Part shown: positions 41,401 through 52,635 of the stretch, piece after piece | Layout of the letters: each line of letters starts with the position of its first letter | How positions within the stretch are numbered: the stretch's first letter is position 1 | The notes under the pieces: generated by a model | The model's database searches: none | What the model was told of the DNA's origin: nothing | The model's input: only the letters and a program-made list of their open reading frames with translations | Program-made: the position numbers and the translations under genes | DNA from: Saccostrea cucullata | Lineage: Eukaryota | DNA length: 64,000 nt | Assembly (NCBI RefSeq): GCF_032062105.1 | Contig: NW_026920581.1 | Span: forward strand, 992,001-1,056,000 | Direction of reading: 5' to 3'

Positions 41401-44400
41401 TTTCTCAGTTTACCAAACTTTGTTAACATTCCTCTTGGTGGCCTTCTAAAATCCCTTCCACATGCTGCCTCAACATTTTTTCAGGTGACCCGTTTGTTCT
41501 ACACGCTCCCTCAGTTAACCAATTAATGTCAATATTTTCCTCTAGGTGACACTTTTGCTGAACACCCCCTCCACACGCTTCCTGAGTTACACGTGTTCCT
41601 ACATCTCGTTCCTGTGTCTGATAGTGTTGGGCAAAATCCAGTTTAGTAACATGTGGGTCTCCCTGGGCTGTGAAGAAACCAACCCTGTTAGTTACGCCTT
41701 CATCGTCATCATATTCATGTGGATCATAGGTAAGTCTAGTGAAGCAATGCAAAGAGGACCTGCAAGTCTGTACCGGTTGTTCTTAAGCAATAGTTCAATA
41801 TATGTTAAAATTTTTCTCAGGCTGGATTTGGGAAGAAGTAAAACAGTTGTATGACCAAGGTGCTGGAGATTACTTCCGGTCTGTCTGGAATGTAATCGAC
41901 TTTTTAATGCTGACGTTACTCCTGACGTCATTTACGTTAGATGTCGTCATTCCTTTAAGATTAAAAAGGACTTTAGCCCATCACCAGCTGAATTATAATA
42001 TTTCTACGGGAAGAGAAATCAACATCAATCAACTCTTGTTCTGTTACGAGGCCAAGGAGGGGAAAAGTTATTTCTCAGTCGAGCACCAATGTCCCACAGC
42101 AACGGTTGGAGGTCAATTTAAATAAATTGTTTTGGTGCCTTATAAACAATTACACATATTCAAATGTCACTTTTATTGAAAACCTTTTGAAGAGATTTAA
42201 ACTATTTATTTCATGAAATTTAGTGCTTTGATTTCGAGGAAAAAAACAGTAATGAAATGTAAATAATGTTGCAAACTTAATCAACAACTTACCTTTGATT
42301 TGAATCATTGTTAATACCAGTTTATCTTAATAAAAGTTTGTTATATGAACTGTTGCTTCTAATTCTAGTTGAATGGTCGCCTAGCTGGGTTCCGGACCCG
42401 GAGTTGATTTCGGATATTATGTTTTCTGCCGGGATTATTCTCAGTATTGCTAGAATCTCCTTCATCATGCCAGCCAATGAAACCTTTGGAACAATGCTCG
42501 TCTCCTTCAGAAGAACGTTTGGGGACCTGGTTAAACTTCTGGCGATGTTCGTTCTCATTTTGTTGAGTTTCTCCTGCGGACTGGCTGCTCTCTACGCTGC
42601 TCATGTTTGTCAGACACCGCATTTCCAGGGGTGAAGTTTTATGGCATACGAGAAATGTACTTGTAAATTAACAGTATTCTTCTCTCCAAACCAATAAAAC
42701 ATCTGTCAAATATATTTATTTTTTTAGGTTTAGCGGTGCATTTTTCGTTCTGGTATGGTCTCTCCTGGGATTTGGAGAGGGCAATACCCCGGATTTGAAT
42801 AGAAGCGCCCCCATGAGTTCCATCACGAACAATCCATCACGAATTTCATCAACGGAATGGTTTGGAACAGCTATATACGGCGTTTATGTTTTTGCCGCAA
42901 GTGTTGTTTTAATGAATTTACTAATTGCAGTAATGAGCAACACCTTCCAAGAGGTTCAGGTAAAAGCAATTTTAAATGATTGGATAACATTTCTGGTCAG
43001 TGACAACAAATGTCCGTGTTGAATAATAATAAAGTTTATCTTTTTTTTTCAAAGATATTTTAAGAATAAAATCGATTTTTCAATGTATCTTGTAGGATGA
43101 GAGAGATATAGAGTGGAAGTTTGCGCGTACGGAACTGTGGATGACATTTATAGAGCCCGGATGTCCAGTGGCCCCACCATTCAATATTATCCCTACGGTC
43201 CAAACTTTGTGCAAGGCTTGGAGAAAAATATGGCTAATCTGCACTTGTTGCAGGAAACGTAAACTGAAAATAAACAAAAGATTAAAGGTTAAAGTATTTG
43301 TGTGTGCATGAAATTTGTTATTAAACATACAAAGTAAAATTTGTACAATTAAATTGTTGGTAATGATAGTAAAATTTATTTTGTTTTATTCATTTTTGTC
43401 TATATTTCCAGAAACTTGATGAAGAAATGAAAATTTCATCTGCATGCACGAATTCCAGACAGGTCTCTTTAAATTTATCTGCTTTAATGTCTTAACATCT
43501 GATTGATGTTTTCCCTTTTCGATCTATATGTCCCTTCTTTTGCACCCAAAAGCACCTAGAAATCAATGGATCATTTTCATGAAAGACTTTTCATTTCGGC
43601 TTGGTGGTAAATTATTTGTCAATCATAGACAGGTCATTCTATCATCTCTTGAATCCACAGAAAGAGCAAGGAGTTGAGAAACGAATAAATTAGGTTCCTA
43701 TTTCACGATTCTCATGTATAATGGCAGTTGTGTTTGGCCCCTCAGCCTTTAAATCTAGGATGTATCCTTTTTTCCTTAAAAAAGGTATTAAAGACTGTCC
43801 GATTTCTTAATTACAGAATGTCATATGTACGCTAGTTCAGAGATATATAGTCTACGCATCTCGGGAGAAGATGGAGGGCGATGAAGGTACGATATATGAA
43901 ACGGAATCAATTTTAATGACATGATACGTAGCTTGTTTATATCAAAACTATTACTGATACTTTTGATAAGTTTTTTTATTTGTTTGCATTGTCATATAGA
44001 TGCTGCAGAAGACCGGATACGGCGGTTGATAGAACGAATTGGTTCTCGTCTAGAAAAACGATTGGATGAAATTACAGGTCACGTGCAACATGTCGATGAT
44101 CACGTTTCTCATGTTGACAAGGGCGAAAGGGATATACAACAAATGCAGAGAGAAGAAATGAAAAGGACTGATTTGGTATACTTTTTTTTATCATTTTATC
44201 ATTTTCCACTGTATCTCTCTCTGCAAACATATACTGACTCCCAATTTTACTTGACAGTTAATTCAAGATATATTTAAAACACACACGCACAAACACACAG
44301 ATATTTCCTGAAAAAAATTTCAATCTCTTCAATAGTTGTTAAAAGCACAGGACGAATACAAAGAAATACTGCATAAAAAGTGGGAAGAATGGCAGAGATT

Positions 44401-44554
44401 CCGAGACCAGCGTGTACAGGAAGTGAAGTCGATGCGCGAGCAGAGAGAGCGCCTCCTACAACAACGGATGTTTGAGGAGGCGCGCAGATTGGAAGAGGCG
44501 ATATCCGACACACTGGAGGAGGCCGACTACATTCCACGAACCACCCTGAGATGA
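37415..44554 (+). CDS. Short transient receptor potential (TRPC-family) cation channel; first exon disrupted in this sequence
   Basis: Ankyrin N-terminus 37415-37939 and resumed frame ~39331-39427 (PAYISL/EEDPVMASFYLS). Further exons: 40018-40191, 40285-40452 (FVSHPKCQ), 41546-41729, 41821-42111 (WEEVKQLY..WNVIDF), 42369-42630, 42728-42959 (pore LVWSLLG; VVLMNLLIAVMSNTFQ), 43096-43287 (TRP box EWKFAR; PPFNIIP), 43412-43462, 43817-43886, 44000-44175 and 44336-44554 (coiled coil). Phases are consistent. Confidence 0.9.
37940..39850 (+). mobile_element. Scrambled HINE-type element with ~170-bp GAAAATCTTCTTCTC tandem units, interleaved with TRPC exon/intron sequence
   Basis: Repeated AAAATCTTCTTCTCTGCTCC / AAAATTGTGAATTT units at 37940-39330, and a typical HINE 3' end CAGGTGACCTATAAGGCCCGTGGGCCTCTTGT at ~39818-39849. 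Confidence 0.7.
40951..41595 (+). repeat. Degenerate 50-80 bp tandem array copied from the acceptor and start of TRPC exon 41546
   Basis: About 9 diverged units of TTCC..YAG|GTGACAC..TTGCTGAACACCCC..CAGTTAACCAAACTTT precede the real exon. Confidence 0.75.
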
Positions 44555-46341
44555 CACCCCTCCCTCCCTTCCCTTCAGTTCTTGGCAAATGGGGGTGCCT
44601 CGAAAATAACTTTTCTTATGCATGTTCGTTGTGATTTTAAGTGTTAAAATACCTAATTTTCAAATTTTAAGTTTATTAGCCACCTTTATATATATTCTTA
44701 CTACAGTATTAAAACTAACAAGTATTTAATTATACATTGACGTTTAACTTTATATAATTAATGTATCCCAAGTGCCTTGTTTGAAAATATAATTATTATA
44801 GTGCTCACTTGTTTATGATATTTTACATAAAATCAATAAATTTCTCAAAACCAAAATTTTATCGTTAAAGAATTTATTTTACTTTCCCTATATTTCAATG
44901 GACATATATATCTTGTTCTAGTTCTAGTTTTAGTTTACCAATGGGAGACTACTTCGCTCCACATCATTCTTCCGTCGTAGAATTTCCATGTTATCCCTGC
45001 TCAGTCTGTTGTTTGACTCCGTATACATCAATTTTATAAGTAAAAGAGTTCTTTTTCATAGTGTTGACTTTTATTGTCTTATAAGGAGGGCTCTTTTTAT
45101 CATTTATTTGATATTACAAGTAGGGCTCTTTTTATCATTTATTTGATATTTCTTCTGGCTGAAGGAGAAAGATATATCTCTTTTGGCGGAAGAAACACTT
45201 TTTTATCTTGAAGAGATGTCTCTTAAACAATGAAAATTTTTCACATGGAATATAGATGCAAAAACAAATCAAAATTATATTTTCAAGCATACCCGTTTAA
45301 CACGTGGAGCTGATTAAGAGAAAGGTATCATCATCTCTAATTAAGAAATACATGTATCTTTGTCAGTGAAATACATTTCTGTAGATGAAAGATTCTCTTA
45401 GAGAGATATCTTTCAAAGTTGAGAGATATCTCAATTTTAAAGAGATATTTCTAATTTTAGAGAGTATCTCTTATTTATTTTCACCTTCTTTTCGAAAAGT
45501 AAAAGGGTTCGCTTTATACTCATATCCTTGTTGACCAGAAAACCCAGCTAACCTGCTTCTTGTTATACCTGCATGTGGCATCTGCCTCAACCACATTTTT
45601 ATCGATCGTTAGGGAGAACTTTACTGTTATGTTATTGCATTTTTACGGGCAACTTTTCCAACAGTCAGTACTAAACAGTTACTTAATTCAGTTCAAACTA
45701 GTGGTTTATCCCTATATTTGAGAATATTTTGGTCTGGATAATGCTGTTGTCAGTTTCTAGTTCTTTACAAACAACTCCTGCAGGCCAGTAATTGGATTTA
45801 AACAATTGTATTTGTGTGTCGAGACTCGATTCTTTCGCTTTTGTGTTCGTGTTTTGGGACATCGTTCTCTTTGCATATTAAAAAAGATCTCATTGTCTTT
45901 TGAGAGATAAAGAAACATAACGTGTGATAAGTAACCACTCTTTTATGCATTTTTTGACACATAATTTTATTGACGGCTTTTTTTTTTATATTAAGAATAC
46001 ATGCAGTGTATTGATTGTGGTCAATGCTCCGCCGTGTCGTCTGTTTGCATCCCCATTTTGTATCTGATCTTTGTCTTGTTTATATTTGGGTATCAACATA
46101 ATCAACACAACGGAATAGCCATTCCACGCCGCCGGACCACCCTTAGCTCTTACTTGTAATCGATATCGAAAGGAAACCCTCTCCGACCATGTGCTTTGGA
46201 CGCCTCATTTTCAGCATCGGAAAATGAATGACATCGATTTTTATAGCTGAACATTATTGTTATTGTATGGAGATAAATGTTTATAGCAAAGATCGCAGTG
46301 AACGGAGTTGCGTATGAAAAAGTCGTATTGCAGCCATTGCC

Positions 46342-48090
46342 ATGGAAAATGCCATCATTGATCTAAATCTGAACGGCAGGGTGTTCCGCTTGAAGCGTTC
46401 CACGTTCCTGCGATTACCTATTGCTTGTCTGGGATATGGCGAAGATGGTCAAGGTGAGGTGTTTCTAGAGCGCCATGCAGACTGTTTTGAATCCATTCTT
46501 TGGTATTATACTAACGGAGAACTTCATATGCCTAATTCTATATGCCCAGCCGTGTTTAAAAAGGAACTGGAGTTTTGGTCTGTGGATCCAAGTAAACTCT
46601 CTCAGTGCTGTTACATGAAATACCTTTCGTTTTTTGAAGATCAGAAATTGCTTAAAACATTTGAGGAGGACGAGAAAAAGTCCACAGGCGTAGGAAAACT
46701 TCCAAAAATTGGGAGGAGTAAGCTGGAGAAATTTCAGAGTAAAGTCTGGAGGATTCTTGACGACCCATCGTCCTCTGTTGCTGCAAAGGTATGATCCATA
46801 AAATTCTAATATGCGGGTATACTACGAGAATACAATATTTTTTCTCATCATCATTTTTTTAAAAGCAAACTAATTTAGGTGCACAATAGTACAATTCCAA
46901 ATATTAAAACTTTTCTGATCCGAATGTTTGTGTACAGTGTACTTGAAATTTTACAACGAAACCTTTCACTTTCTTTGCTTAAACTATTGCCTTGTGTACA
47001 TTTTAACTGATGTTCACTATCAGTTCACGAAACATTATTTGATTTACAGATATACGTTGGTGTGTCAGCGTTCGTCATACTAATGTCTATATTCGTTCTC
47101 TGTGTGAGTACTCACCCGGCGTTCCAGAGAGAACTACAGTATGACGAACTCGAGGCTTACTACAGTTCTGACCCGGAAATGCTGGCACAGGTCAAAGGTC
47201 TCCGTAACAAGCCAATCAGAAAATCCGACAACAGCCAAGTTAAAAAAGTGTCACCTAAAGCACCAACAAAACGGAATCATACATTTTCATTTTTGTCAGA
47301 CTTAAAACTGAATAACTCTTTTGATGGTGACCACGAAAATAAAACGGCGGAACTTATGCCACCACCAAACACAGTTGCGAGATACACGTATTTGGATTAT
47401 CTGGACTATGGAATGGTGACCTATTTTGGAGTGGAACTTATTATAAGAATAACGTTTTGTCCGAAAAAATCGAAATTTTTCTCATCTTTACTTAATATCA
47501 TTGACGTCATAGCATTTTCTTCGGAAGTTGCCACTATGACATTTGAATACATATTTCCCAAGGAAAAGTACATCAAATTTTCCGCTTTGGATATCGTAGA
47601 ATGCATTCAGATAGCTCGAGTGTTTCGTCTTTTTCGTTTAGTAAAAAATTTTATTGGATTTCGCATTTTAATTTATTCAGTACGTGCAAGTCTAAAAAAC
47701 ATGTTGCTGATGATTTTCAACTTACTTGTAGCCGCTCTGATTTTTTCATCCATCGGGTTCTACTCGGATAGAGCCACATTTGAATCCATACCGGATGCAA
47801 TATGGTGGGCTATTGTTACCATGACAACAGTTGGTTATGGCGATTCCTATCCGCAGAATATTCCGGGGAGATTCATAGGGTGTTTGTGCGCCATCTCAGG
47901 GATATTTGTGATAGCCGTGTCCATTCCAGTTCTTGTAAATAATTATGTTCTTTTTACAGGTTTTGCCAATTTGCCAATAAAAAGGCACTCAGACGGTCTT
48001 ACGTCATTGCTCAAGTCCGAATTCGACTCCCGGAGAGAAAGGAAACATTCACAAGAAACGGAACCAATGACTTCCATACAAAGTTCTTAG
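46342..48090 (+). CDS. Voltage-gated potassium channel, Shaw/Kv3-like (divergent)
   Basis: Exons 46342-46788 (T1/BTB domain: FLERH..FESILWYY..GELHMP..ICP..FKKELEFW) and 47050-48090 (S1-S6; S4 RVFRLFRLVK; pore SIPDAIWWAIVTMTTVGYGD); phase-0 GT-AG intron. Confidence 0.92.
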
Positions 48091-48849
48091 TAATAACTTA
48101 ATTCTTACAGATATACCATACATATAACTCAACGAATAATTCTATAATTATTTTGTTTTGCATTTACTTGTAAAGCATGTTTTTCATTCAATGTTGTTTG
48201 AAATCGCCCATGTCCTGTATATTTGTAGTTTTAAACACACTGAGAAGCTGTTTAAAACAAAATGAATTATTATTAAAAAAAATTAAATAGACATTTTACA
48301 CGTTTTATATTTCGAAAACTTCAGCAAAGTTCCCCATTCCTGTATATTTCAGTAGTTTTACATTTTTTTCATTGTCAACTACAAGATAGGAATACTTGCA
48401 ATGACATTTAAAACAAAATGAATTATTATTTAAAAAAATTAAATAAATAGACATTTTACAGCATTTGCTCATAAATAGATTCATCGATGTAAATAAAAAA
48501 GTCATTGATGAATGATAAGAATTTATTGTCACCAAAATGAAGATGCAGGCCTCTCAAGATGAACCACGTACGTGCATGTGCAGATACCCTGGATCTTCGT
48601 CACGTGATAATGCCGATGGTTTTTGCAGTGTAGGCTGTGCTGCAAGAAACCGCGGTGCAAAATGTAGAAAACATATCTTTGTGTCATTTGCAGCAGTAGA
48701 GCATATTCAAAGCATTTTTACTTGTTTGAAAAAAATCTCAATTTTTATTTATCATACACTTTTACCACATCATTATTATCCGGAAAATCATGACGATTTC
48801 CTTTCATTTCATTTCCCCATGCTCACTTTCTGATAATAACTTTTCTATG

Positions 48850-49152
48850 GTCGCCCGCGTGGCGTATTGGTTAGAGCGTCTGCTCTAGAGTTGCAAAGTA
48901 ACGAGTCAATCCTTACGTCGTGGGTTCGAATCCCATTGTGGGACGTGGAGACCGGTCCTTCGGATGAGACCGTATAAACCGAGGTCCCGTGTCGCAGTAG
49001 GTGCTGGCACGAAAAAGATCCCTCACTGCTCAATGGCCCTAAGTGCCGAGTATAGGACAAATTTTTTAGTTCTCCAACTGCAAGTGGTGGCCTCTCCTAT
49101 GAGTGAAAAATTCTCGAGAGGGACGTTAAAACAACATACAATCAATCAAATC
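48850..49152 (+). mobile_element. Young full-length tRNA-derived SINE with V-type core and 15-bp TSD
   Basis: A box TGGCGTATTGG, B box GGTTCGAATCC, core TCCTTCGGATGAGACCGTATAAACCGAGGTCC and (CAAT)n tail. TSD AATAACTTTTCTATG at 48835-48849 and 49153-49167. Confidence 0.9.
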
Positions 49153-50118
49153 AATAACTTTTCTATGAAATTTTTATTTGCAGCACTGCAACAGAATGTC
49201 CCGGCGTCGATTTCCTTAGGTTCCTTTTTGGGTTTTCTTCCATGTTTAAAAATGCATTTTAACTCGATATATTTTTAATGCCATTGTCTGGACTATGTAA
49301 ATGCAATCGATATTTCCTGAATGAGTGATTATGCAGAGTTATACTGACCCAACTCTATCGTAATGGCTTATCTTGCAAAAACGCTCTATATTAAATTGTA
49401 TAGCGCCATTGATGTTTTTCATCTGCTTTTCAGCTTTGTTCTTTAAAAGAGTAAATTAATTACTAAGTGATAAGTAGTAAATATACCTCAGCTTTTATCA
49501 TTTTACCATTTTCACTATTTCTACATTTTATTGATGAAGAGAAAAAGTGCATGAATAATACCATTAATGATGCATATATACTTTAAAAAAAATCTGTATC
49601 TCTTTGAAATGCATTGCCACGACCCAAGTGGGTATTGCATGCATGTACGATATATAACTAATGGCGGATGTTTTGCTGAGGCTAGCTATCGAACTGAACA
49701 TGAAAACTGCTAAATTATTTTGCCTCTTACAATAAATCGGCCAAACTTCCTTTGATACTGCCTCTAGGAATGAATATCACGAATTATATTTAACGTTATA
49801 TTTCCATTTCTATTTTTTTTTCTCTGTGATAACTCTTAAGAATTAGGTGAGGTGGTTTCTTGATCATTCAACTGGAATGTAAATTTTGTCAAGGCAAAGG
49901 TTATGAGTAATACATGTAAATATCGTGCATCTGTATTTGTATTTGACGTCAGTGGGCGAGGAGACTTGAAATTGACATGGTATGCCTTGTGATTTAAATC
50001 TATTTGACAACATTTTTGAAATCTAAATTTAAAATGTTATTTCAAAATATAATGTAAATATAAGGAATCACCGTCTAGATTGTAGGGTATGCCAGGAACA
50101 TTAATGATACTAGTAATT

Positions 50119-50179
50119 GAAACGTGGGATAACTTGGGCATAACGGGCTTGGTCCGTTATGCAAATTATCCCATGTTTC
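50119..50179. repeat. Near-perfect hairpin, core of a palindromic repeat remnant
   Basis: GAAACGTGGGATAAC..GCATAACGG-loop-CCGTTATGC..TTATCCCATGTTTC; imperfect symmetry extends to ~50060-50210. Confidence 0.6.
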
Positions 50180-50450
50180 GAACTATCGTAGATGTCCCTT
50201 ACCTTCAATAAACATTTTTTGTGAGTGAGGTTTTAAAGTAAAAATTGCTTTACATCTAAATATAATAACATCATAATAGAGTGGACTCCCCTAATACTAT
50301 GTGACTGACACTAGACCACAATTAGCAATACCCGGTAATAAAATAACAATAGTAAGATAATTACGAAAACATTATAAATTCTATATTTACACCTTCATTC
50401 ACCAACTTTAAAGCACTGAGAAAACAAGAAAAGACATCAGTAACTGTTCT

Positions 50451-51973
50451 TTAGGAAGACAAGTAATCGCGTTTTCCAATTATAATGATTCCAGATTCTT
50501 CCTCTGTAGTAGTTGTAGGTTTGGGTGTTGTGGGTTCAGGTGTGGTAGGTTCAGGTGTAGTGGGTTCAGATGTGGTAGGTTCAGGTGTGGTGGGTTCAGG
50601 TGTTGTTGGCTCAGGTGTGGTAGGTTTGGGTGTTGTGGGTTCAGGTGTCGTAGGTTCAGGTGTGGTAGGTTTGGGTGTTGTTGGTTCAGGTGTGGTAGGT
50701 TCAGGTGTGGTAGGTTCTTGTGTAGTTGGTTCAGGTGTAGTGGGCTCAGGAGTTGTTGGTTTCGAAGTTGTGGGTTTGGGTGTTGTCGGTTCAGGTGTTA
50801 TGGGTTCAGAGGTTGATGTAGGATGAAGTGTTGTTAATGTGCTTGTTGAAGTTGTTTCTGGGATCGTAGCATTCAATTCTGGAAAAAAAACCCATAATAA
50901 AGTAGAGATAACCTTTTCAATGTGTTAAATTACAAAGACCAAGAGTTTAAAATTTTACGAATTCTGGTTGGTACAATGCCATTGATATCAAAAAGTAATT
51001 GGATTTCATGCATGAAAGACTATTGTTTCCATGTTCAAAATATAAAGTTATCTACTTTGTATAAGTCATCAGAAATCAATAAAAAAGTAAGTAAACCTAC
51101 CAAACTCACAGACCCAGCCAAGATTAGTGTTGTTACAAGGGAAGACCCACCAGTCTTGATTGTCATGACTGTAAGCAGCACAGTTATTCCCTGGGGTGTC
51201 AAGGATCGGCTGTCCGGGATGCCAGTGTTTATAGGACGTAGTCTTTAAGGGACCTGTGACAGATTATAACAGATGAAAGGAAGAAATTGAGAGTAAGAAA
51301 GACCTAGACTTTCTATCAAGTATATCAACTTCCATTTACCAAGTTCCATTACCGTTAGTCCAGGAAAAACTTCCAGGGGACATGGTGTCGGACAGGCCAA
51401 TCCAGATGTAGTTGTCTGTGTGACCTAGAGCAATCTGGTCCCGCACACCGAGGTAGAAGTTTTCCAGTGATTGGTGAATGTTCATCAGGTTCCCGCCCTT
51501 ACTAGAACAGTCGTCCTTTGCAGTGAACCAGTCTGCCCGATCACTGATGACGAAGGTATAACATCTCTTGACGTAGCTGTAATACATTAGGTACCTGTTT
51601 CGTTGAAGATGTTTTGGACATAGTTTATGAGCGTAAGGGTCCAACACGACAGGTCCTGCATTTGGTTTTCTTGTTGTTGTTGACTGTCGAGGTGCCGAAG
51701 TTCCAAATAAACCTCAGTAAGAATGAAAAAAATAAGGGATCTTTACGGGGCAAAAATAGGCCTAATGAAGTGAAGTGGTACGTCTGAATTGAACGATTTG
51801 GAAGTATGGCATATTAAAACAAAGTGTTGGAACAACTCTATTACTTTTTGTGCTGTTTATCGTTGTATAAGGAGTCAGTAATTAATATTCCATTACTTAC
51901 TATCAAAGAAAAAGCACTGAGCAACTGATGTGACAGTGAACAAAATGACTAGTCCTTGCAAACAGGTACACAT
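50451..51973 (-). CDS. Secreted C-type lectin with C-terminal PEPTT mucin-like repeat tail (~337 aa)
   Basis: Exons 51973-51901 (signal peptide MCTCLQGLVILFTVTSVAQC), 51712-51353 (CY..W..A..C..GG.L..WIGLSD..FSWTNG), 51253-51101 (W.PGQP..NC..W..PC..WVCE) and 50878-50451 ((P[EK]PTT)n). All introns phase 1. Confidence 0.9.
50512..50810 (-). repeat. Coding 15-bp tandem repeat (PEPTT/PKPTT, ~19 copies)
   Basis: Synonymous third-position variation between units indicates protein-level constraint. Confidence 0.85.
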
Positions 51974-52635
51974 ATTATATGCTGCTCTCAGACCGTAGGA
52001 GAACTCCTTATCAGTTTGTCCGGAAATGTGGTTGACCCCGAAGAAGGTCAACCTAACAATCTTATATCAAGACCTAAAACGTTGATTTCCTAAATATCCG
52101 GAAGTCATGTCTCATAAATGGTTTTTGCGGTGACTAGTAATTGCAACTGCAGAAAGCATTTGCTACCTTTAAGAGATGAAATCGCAACCCCTCCCCCTTT
52201 AGGATTTTTGAGTTATGTCAGTTTAAGTCGTTTTTGGCCAGTCAAATTATTTTTCAAGGTTGTTTTTTTTTTTAATGTTAATTTCTTTTTGGGAGTCCCC
52301 CTCCTCATTGCGTTGGGACTGAAGGTGTTCTAAAGGTGACAAACTGCTTCGATAACCTTCACCTGTAACACATGACTGAAATGAGATCGTGTCACATTGA
52401 ATGTGCGATGTCATGGCTTGTAGTCCTTCAGTAAGTACTAGTGATACAACAAAATATGACAGATGTGGTCTCCACTTCGTTTGAAATAACATAAAAATTA
52501 AGGAATAAAAACAAAACACAGAAACAATAGACAGATGGTACATGTATTTAATAGATAATAAACTTAACCAATGACAAGACATGAAATGAAATTAACAAAT
52601 TCTATTTTTCATTGATGTCGAGTCTTTTGTTGATG

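Noticed and set aside
48850-48946. Functional (amber suppressor) tRNA gene
   Set aside because: The anticodon stem does not pair, and the sequence continues into a SINE core and tail flanked by a TSD.
50485-50826. Plus-strand GVVGS-repeat ORF
   Set aside because: Antisense shadow of the PEPTT mucin exon.
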